Positions 55,341 through 64,000 of a stretch of 64,000 nt of DNA are shown here, one piece after another. The stretch is from Octopus bimaculoides (Eukaryota): the NCBI RefSeq assembly GCF_001194135.2, contig NC_068990.1, forward strand, positions 84,930,000 to 84,993,999, written 5' to 3'. Below the pieces are notes generated by a model. It was given only the letters and a program-made list of their open reading frames with translations. It did no database searches and was not told the DNA's origin. Made by a program: the position numbers and the translations under genes. Within the stretch, counting starts at the first letter, position 1. Each line of letters begins with the position of its first letter.

Positions 55341-58300
55341 TTAAATTAAAATCAGCGTATTAAGTTAATGTTTTTTAGATTATTAACGTCGGAGAGATTA
55401 AAGCTTCGAGTGGATGCCATTGGTGATATTTGAACTTAGGATGCTTAAAGATGTAACTCAATGCCGCCATCTTGTATTAAAGCATTTTACGGTCGAAAAT
55501 TTAATTAGATCTAGAAGGAATTTTTTTGTTTGGTTATTAGCAACAGTACATCAAAAAATTAGTGCTATCAGAAAAATTGGTTTAGATATGAGCTACTATT
55601 TACTAGTATTAGCTAGTATGATGGACTTATGCACAAAAATTTATTCAGTAAATCATTTTTTATATGAAATATTTCCAGTAAAATGTTATTTTATTTCTTT
55701 TGATTTTCGTTGTTGTTGTGAAACTCTCTTTGTGAAAATATGCACAATTTTTTTTTTATCACAGTAAAACAGGGCAGCGAACTTGCAGAATGGTTACCGT
55801 CACGGGCAACAAAAATTGCTCAGTAGGATTTCTTCCAACTTTATGCTCCGAGTTCAAATATCGCCAGAGTGGACTATTCCTTAAATTCCTTCGAGTCGAT
55901 GAAATAAGTATCAGTTAAGCTCTTGGGTCGATGTAATCGACTTCCATCCTCCCACAAAATTGCTGGTCTTAAACTTAAAAGAAGGAAAAATATAGAAAGC
56001 AACCAAGACACAACAAAATTGATGGGGCTATGGCCTGGGTGTAACAGGAATTAAACATACCAACACCGGTTGTCAAGTGATGGTGTGTGTGTGTGTGTGT
56101 GTGTGTGTATTTGAGAGTTTGTGCGTGTGTGCGGTCACTATTTTTTTTTTACTTCAATTGATATACAGATATCGCAACTAGTTTGAAATTTTGTATGTGA
56201 ATCGCAATATCTACGCTCTGTCTGTTTGTCTGTCTGTGTGTCTGTCTCTCTCTCTGTTTGTGCATGCTCGCAAAGTGATAAAAATGAATACAGTAACGTA
56301 TACACATAGCATGGTTCTTTACAGTCTTTCTAACAGGTCACCGTTGTTTATAGTAACAGACGTATTGGCAACAAATAAATATAACGAAAAGAAAAATATC
56401 ATAAAGGAAGCAGAACGAACGCTAAGTGGCGCTCGTACTTTCACACAAACATACGCTCACCGGCGTAGACACAGATAATTAAGCGAGCAAATTCCTAAAC
56501 TAATGAGACTAACAAACCACCCAGTCGTTGAAGGAACATTCTTAGACACTTGAAGTGTTCATGCTGTTATCTAGGGCAAGTGGGTTCACATCAGTTTATC
56601 TCAGGCCGAACTAAAGCGAGTTTTTGAAATCGCCCCTGTGTCAGCTGAGGAAACACTTTGTCAACTTCGCAGTGACCTCACTCTGTATTGAAGAAGTAGG
56701 TTTTTATCAGAGACTGGAAGATAGCAACAGAAATATTGATTTCATGAATTCCCGCGTTGCCATACGAATCGGAATTCTATTACTTACCTTATATTTATTT
56801 TATCGATCCAACAGAAATAGAAAGCAAAGCAAAACAAACCGGATCACCCCGCCCCCGCCATCACACCACCTCGTCTTCCTGCTCTTCTTTCTTCTTCAAC
56901 CCCAGGTCAGCCCTAGTCGATCAAGCTTCTGATTAAAGAAGCTCCAACCATTACTATCAGTCTTTTTCTCCCGAGTATTGTGTAACCTAGATTGTCGAGT
57001 AAAAGTGTAAATTGTAGGGATTATGGCTGTTATTGTTAGCAGGTCGATCGACCTCGTAGAGGTTCCCTTATATGCTCTGAAGACAAACTGTAGTTGTTCA
57101 GTAACTTATTCTCAACATACTCGTTGAAAGAACAAGTTCTACAAACAAATCTGTCTTTTGGATCACAACCCCAAAAGCCCATTGAACTAATGAACGAAAT
57201 TTCTTCAAGTGCATCAATGCTTCAACAGACTTAGGTTCACCAACATGCTGTTCCCTCTTCAGTGTCTCATCTACTTGTATTATAACAGATTCACGGAACT
57301 AGAAAACTTCATCGCTCCTCCACTCAATTTCAGCCAACTCACCGGTTCCCCCAACTTCTCATCAGCTCGGATCTGTTCAGTTTTGCTCACAGACTTTTTA
57401 ATTATTACTTTTTTTTTTAACTAAGCAGTTTAAAACTTCGTATATTAGTGTAATTTCTCACGTTGAACACGGTTTACTTTCAATATTTTTGACAAAATTT
57501 CGTATTTTAGAAGTTATTTCGTGTTAAGATTGTCGTATTTGGGTAATTTTAACCAATCAACGACGTGTGTTCAGTTGAAGAAAGCTACTGCTGTTTGCGA
57601 TAGTAATCGAAGAGGAACAATTTCCGGATCATCTCTACTAAATGTCACCACTCTGTTCTATTTCATTTTTGTTTACTGCCTGTCTTCTCGCGTCGGAGTA
57701 ACCAGTAAACATCGAAGAATCAATCACGGTTGTGGCAATAGCGAAAGAGGCAGTATGGAAGACGAGGATAAAAGGAATTNNNNNNNNNNNNNNNNNNNNN
57801 NNNNNNNNNNNNNNNNNNNNNNNNNNNNNNNNNNNNNNNNNNNNNNNNNNNNNNNNNNNNNNNNNNNNNNNNNNNNNNNNNNNNNNNNNNNNNNNNNNNN
57901 NNNNNNNNNNNNNNNNNNNNNNNNNNNNNNNNNNNNNNNNNNNNNNNNNNNNNNNNNNNNNNNNNNNNNNNNNNNNNNNNNNNNNNNNNNNNNNNNNNNN
58001 NNNNTTGTGTTGTCTAACGTACTGTTAATATCATTCGATTTGTTATATTTTATATAATTTTTAAAGTCATATTTTATGTAAACCATTCGCATTACTGATC
58101 TCAATCAGTTGTTTTGTACCGTTCTATGTTTAGCCCCCAGTGGGCAATAAAGAAATTGGTATTTCGTCTGCCGTTACGTTCTGAGTTCAAATTCCGCCGA
58201 GGTCGACTTTGCCTTTCATCCTTTCGGGGTCGATACATTAAGTATGAAATCGACTAGTCCCCAACCCCCAAATTTCAGGCCTTGTGCCTTTAGTAGAAAG

Positions 58301-59907
58301 GATTATTTATACACACACACATGGAGGATTTTCCGTCGGCTTCGACGATGAGGATTCAGTTGTTGAGTTAACTGAATTATCTGCTCATTGAATTAACACC
58401 TATGCGGCTGAGCATTTCACTGTGATGTGTACTCTTGACGTTATTTTCGGATGAACCCAAAGAGGTGGGGGCTGGGGGGCACGTGAACCCCTCAAGAAAA
58501 GAAGTGTACCCTTCTAAATAATGTAATTACGCCCTTTTCTCCTGGATTTGTATTCCCTTCTGACCTTGTGCCCTCCATACGAAAAATTCTTGGGACCGCG
58601 CCTGCACATATAAGAGTACATATATACAGCCATTACTACGTCTATAGTACAATAATGTTTTTACTTTATTTATGGAAGATGTGTGAGTGTTTTATAAAGA
58701 TAACTGATTAGTGTACAGAGGAGTGTTGTGGGAACTAGGTAAGTGGAGAAGACCGCCATGTGTGTTGCAGTTAACTTGGGGTGTTCGATTCACAATCATA
58801 AGATCGTGAATTCGATTGCTGGACTGTTCTGTGCGTTACTTCCTTGAACAAGGCGCTTTATTTTTCTCATTATTCAAGTCTATTCTGCTGTAAATGAATA
58901 CCTAATCGACAGCTGGTGAAGATCTTTCTCCTTTCAACCGTTACATCCTTAATGTTCCGCTGGGTTAACGGTCGAAGGTTGGAGAGAGTGTCGACGTCTA
59001 CTTGCGACTACACAAAAGTAGTTAAACCAACTAGTGAAAGCATGGAACATGTTATCAAGTCATGCCAACATGTGTGTGACATTTAAGGTTTATATCTGTA
59101 TATAGACGTGTAAATGTTTATAATAAATGGTTTATGTATACGTGTGTAAATGTTTGCTTATGCATGACCTTACGGAAGCAGGCATGACCAAGTGTGCGCG
59201 CGTGTATAGGTGTTGTTTGTTTAAAGTATAAAAGGGAATTTGTTTTTACTTGCGTAGTTAGAGCGAGTTCCATCCAGGGCAGCTCCACAGGCTCCCTCTC
59301 CACGGGACAATACACTCCGTGGAGGCTTATACAACAGACCAAGAAGTGCCGCCTCTATAAAGTCGCCCAGGGCGGACCGCCCCTCTCGTTAACCCCTCTA
59401 GCTACTCTACTGCCCTTTTATGTTTTCTATGTATGACGACGGTCCTGATATATATATATATATAAAATAATATATAGAATGATATATTTCCAAAGAGAGT
59501 AAACTTATTTTTGCGTCTATACGTGTACAATGTATGCTTGTGCATTCTGTATATCTACATGTGGGCCGCTACTGATGTTTGTACGGCGAATGCATGTCAG
59601 TTAATTAGAGTGCGGTTGTATAACTAAGTGGATGGAATCAGTCAAGATTTAACTGAAACATATGTCATGTTCTCGTAAATTCAAAGACTATTTTTCTTCT
59701 CTTTTTAGTTGGGTTTTTTTGTGCGGTTTTGTGGTTTTTTTTTTTTTTTTTGCTTACTTTGGTTTTTCATTTTTTTTATATATCTCAAGTGCTCTATTTT
59801 ATCTCCAGACAGAATTTATAGCATAATTTATTTGCTATCCCAGTCTCGTGGCTATATGTGTATGCATGCATATATATATATATATATATATACATATGTG
59901 TGTGTGT

Positions 59908-59938
<31 letters not shown>

Positions 59939-62900
59939 CATGTATACGTGTGCTTGTCTAATATGTATGCGAGGGTGTGGGTTTTGTATTGAGTGTGTGT
60001 ACATATCTATCTCTATAAATAAATAAATAATTTACGTTTTTGTGGGGATGGCACTTTTGGGTCTGCTTTATAAGCCTGTATAGTTTCGGGAACCTTGTGG
60101 AAAGAACGAACTCAAGAACTGCCCCGGGTAGCTCACACCTATAGCTATGCTATTGCAAAAAAAAAAAAAATGTCTTTGACCTGGCAGTGCTAAGTGTTTG
60201 AGACAACCTCTACAGTTACGACCAGAGCTGTCAATCAGACCTGTCCAAGATGTGGAGAGAACGACGAATCAGTGATTTGGTCCATTGGAAAAAATTATAA
60301 CCAACACTACAATTCATTGTTCGTGAAAATGTAATAGAAAAAAATAAATAAATAAAAAGCTGTGGTAATGATTAAATCTGTTGCGGTTCTCTCCAAAATA
60401 TGTGACCTTGTGCCAATGTAAGACACCATTATCAATTCTATTACAAGCGAAATTCTGCCTACTTTAATGCTTGCTGACGACATTTTTAATTTCACTGAAA
60501 TATTCATTTATATTGCTAAGCACATACATGTCTCATATTTCGAGTCGGTCGGTCGGTTCAACGAAGGCAACATCTGTAAGAGGTCATAAAATAGGACTAC
60601 TTCTGGCGTAGGAGGTGGAGGAGGAGGTGCTGAATGTGAAAGCGGTGGTGAGTGTGTGGTAGTGGTGAGTGTGTGGTAGTGGTGGTGGTGTGTGTTTAGA
60701 GTGATAGAGAAATGGTTGTGTGTATGCGTGGAGAAACAGGATGTAGACGATTAAAAAAAAACATAGGAGAAGAGAAGGAAGTAGAGAATTACCAGTGACT
60801 AAAAGAAAAAAAAGAAAGAGAAAACAAGTAGATAAGGAGAGAAAAACAGACTATTCCATCTCATATCAGGTAGGAAATTAGTGTTTTCGTCTTAATCTGA
60901 CATCTTCATGTGGTTTATTGAGATTATGTGTATATATCGTTGACGTTAATTCAGGATGAATTCCATTTTTGATTACTTCAGTCGTAGATTACGCTAACTT
61001 GAAAATTTGATAACAACGAACTAACAAAGGAGCCTCCAAATGCCAGCAGACGTGAGAGAATGTTTTTAGTACTATGGAGTGAATGGTAAGTATATAAGAA
61101 GTTGTTGGGGCGTATCTGAGAGAAAAATAGTTTTAATTCTAGAAATTCCTTGATATGCAGTTTCTATTAAAGTACTGTTTTGGTCTCGAGGCTTAAATTC
61201 TTTACGCGCGCATGCACACACGTGCACCGTACCGTGGTGGTAAACTTAATCTGTCGCCCTGTTTAATCTCGCAACTGAGCCGCCAGACTTGATTTTGTTG
61301 CAAATATTTAAACTAAGTTTCCATTTTGAATGTAATTTTCTCCTTTACTGTCACATGTCTAGAAGCCCCTGAACAAAGTCATAGGCGCTGGTGTTCCTCA
61401 GCTGACTAAACATTATTAAGAAACAATAAAACAGTAAAATGATTAAACGGATGTTGTATAATAGAACAGAGCATTAGTGACGAGGTCGGACGTGTACGGC
61501 GAAATACTTCGACACTTTACAGTGTGTTATTCTTGAACCACCCACTATCTCTCGAAAACAAAAGTGAATATAACAATATTCGGACCCTTTTCGCTTGAAT
61601 TACAGAGCCCGATTTTTTAATTTTTTATTTTCTACGCAAATGCAAATTGCATGTTAATTACGAAAATCACATTATTTTTTTTTTATAGACATTAATAAGA
61701 AAATTTGCTATGGATCTTTGAAGACCGAAATTTTAGGTAATTTAAAAAAAATAAGAGGCCTCCATTATGGACATACCGGAAATCACAATTGCCGTGTGTT
61801 TCGCGGTAATCAAAGTTCTCATAGAAAATAAACCAATGCAGACCACGAGGAGCGGCTAGAGTCTGTGAACTCGGAAAATGGGACCAACATGAAACAAGTG
61901 GGAAGCACTTGTTACCTTAAACAAGTAAATGTACGGCGCCGCGAATTTATGTGATGGCGCAGATATGAGAATTTTGACCTCCAGCGAAAAATGTTGCCGT
62001 ACATCACACAATCTCATTGTTGATTTGCTTTCTTTCATTTCAGAACGTTTCCTTAGATTTTTCATCTTTGAAGATTTCATTGAATTCTCTTCGTTTATAT
62101 TTTACTTGCTTCAGACATTGGACTGCGGCCATGCTGAGGCACTGCCCTTAAGGATTCAGTTGAACAAATCGATATCAGTATTTGCATTTTTTCAAAGTCT
62201 GGTACTTATTCACTTAGTCTCTTTTGCCGATATATATATATATATANNNNNNNNNNNNNNNNNNNNNNNNNNNNNNNNNNNNNNNNNNNNNNNNNNNNNN
62301 NNNNNNNNNNNNNNNNNNNNNNNNNNNNNNNNNNNNNNNNNNNNNNNNNNNNNNNNNNNNNNNNNNNNNNNNNNNNNNNNNNNNNNNNNNNNNNNNNNNN
62401 NNNNNNNNNNNNNNNNNNNNNNNNNNNNNNNNNNNNNNNNNNNNNNNNNNNNNNNNNNNNNNNNNNNNNNNNNNNNNNNNNNNNNNNNNNNNNNNNNNNN
62501 NNNNNNNNNNNNNNNNNNNNNNNNNNNNNNNNNNNNNNNNNNNNNNNNNNNNNNNNNNNNNNNNNNNNNNNNNNNNNNNNNNNNNNNNNNNNNNNNNNNN
62601 NNNNNNNNNNNNNNNNNNNNNNNNNNNNNNNNNNNNNNNNNNNNNNNNNNNNNNNNNNNNNNNNNNNNNNNNNNNNNNNNNNNNNNNNNNNNNNNNNNNN
62701 NNNNNNNNNNNNNNNNNNNNNNNNNNNNNNNNNNNNNNNNNNNNNNNNNNNNNNNNNNNNNNNNNNNNNNNNNNNNNNNNNNNNNNNNNNNNNNNNNNNN
62801 NNNNNNNNNNNNNNNNNNNNNNNNNNNNNNNNNNNNNNNNNNNNNNNNNNNNNNNNNNNNNNNNNNNNNNNNNNNNNNNNNNNNNNNNNNNNNNNNNNNN

Positions 62901-62978
62901 NNNNNNNNNNNNNNNNNNNNNNNNNNNNNNNNNNNNNNTCTGATTAATGTTAATGTGAAGATTACATTTAGATAGCTG

Positions 62979-63025
<47 letters not shown>

Positions 63026-64000
63026 ATTCATAATGAACACACATATATATATATGCATGTATATAATGACGTGCGCGCGCAGACACACACATACATACAT
63101 ATATACATACAAACATACACATGCACAAACACACACATACACACGTACATACATGCATGTGTATACGTATTTGAATACTATTTGCATTACTATTATTCTT
63201 AAAAACTCAAGCCTTTTTAATCATTGCCCTAAACTTCACATTACCAAGTAATCAAGCAATTTGCTTAAATAAACGGCAACGTGAAACCTAGATTAGCGAT
63301 TCAAAGAGCTTTCCTAATAAGCTCTACTGTATATATTGAATCTTTTATTGCTTGTAAATACAAACAATCACCGATCCGCACACACACGAAGATAATAAAG
63401 GAGTCTGCGTATGTGCGAGTGATTCTGTGTATGTGCGTTGTGTGTATGTAGATGTTGGTGCATAAGATGTACATTGCTATATGATTGCGTGTGTATAGGT
63501 GTGAGTGTATATATCACATGTGTGTTTGTGTATATACACATGTTGTATATACATGGTATCCAAATCCAATGACAATCAGTGTGGTATATGTCAGTATATC
63601 ATACATACCGGTCAGTATATCAATACAAAAGAATATTTACAAATGCAAATATTGATTGTAAAAGCAGAAATATAATCTACTACATCGAATAACTGAACTA
63701 TGAAGCAATATATATTAGCCAGAGAGGAAAACTGATTGTCAGAACGCACGCGAGTACACCAGCAATTTATCTGAGATCCTAATGTCCATCAGATCCCATT
63801 AAGCAATCATTTAGAAACATACGGCAAGACCATGTTTTTAATATTCCCACTTTACGATTCAAGTAAAGTTAGAAGAGAAAAGAATTTTACTGAGAACCCG
63901 TGCTGAATGGGCAGTAATATCAAGAAGCCGTAGAATAATATCTATATTGATTTAAATTCAATTTTAATATATAAAAAACTAATAATACAGACAGTGTTAT

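Noticed and set aside
59270-59415. GC-rich patch as a promoter or CpG island for ARSB (also 58460-58605)
   Set aside because: Too short, and the ends resemble non-autonomous DNA-transposon termini; cannot be assigned from sequence alone.
61856-62080. 74-aa K/S-rich ORF and 348-aa gap-spanning ORF as a third gene
   Set aside because: No recognisable motif, no convincing splice context, and it runs into a family B fragment and a gap.

Overview
AT-rich, microsatellite- and SINE-dense animal genomic DNA with seven N-gaps. The repeat families look like those of Octopus; this is recognition from memory, not a database result. The window holds two convergent spliced genes, reconstructed by hand with consistent GT-AG phases. 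(1) A fidgetin-like 1 AAA+ ATPase (FIGNL1) on + at 1086-18635: 18 visible coding exons plus one required exon that is absent and probably lies in the gap at 17163-17590. (2) An arylsulfatase B-like gene on - at 23476-50010: 8 clear exons plus a candidate first coding exon at 55275-55340, with all catalytic motifs present. Introns and spacer carry several tRNA-headed SINE families, MITEs, Tc1/mariner fragments, an R4/Dong-type 3' end and a decayed LINE. The most unusual signal is a set of at least five type I hammerhead-ribozyme-like folds, all partly decayed. Two sit inside a tRNA-headed, head-to-head fold-back element that looks like a Penelope-dependent, ribozyme-carrying SINE. Almost all ORF-track entries outside the exons are repeat or gap artefacts. 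Repeat coordinates are approximate; exon coordinates were counted.
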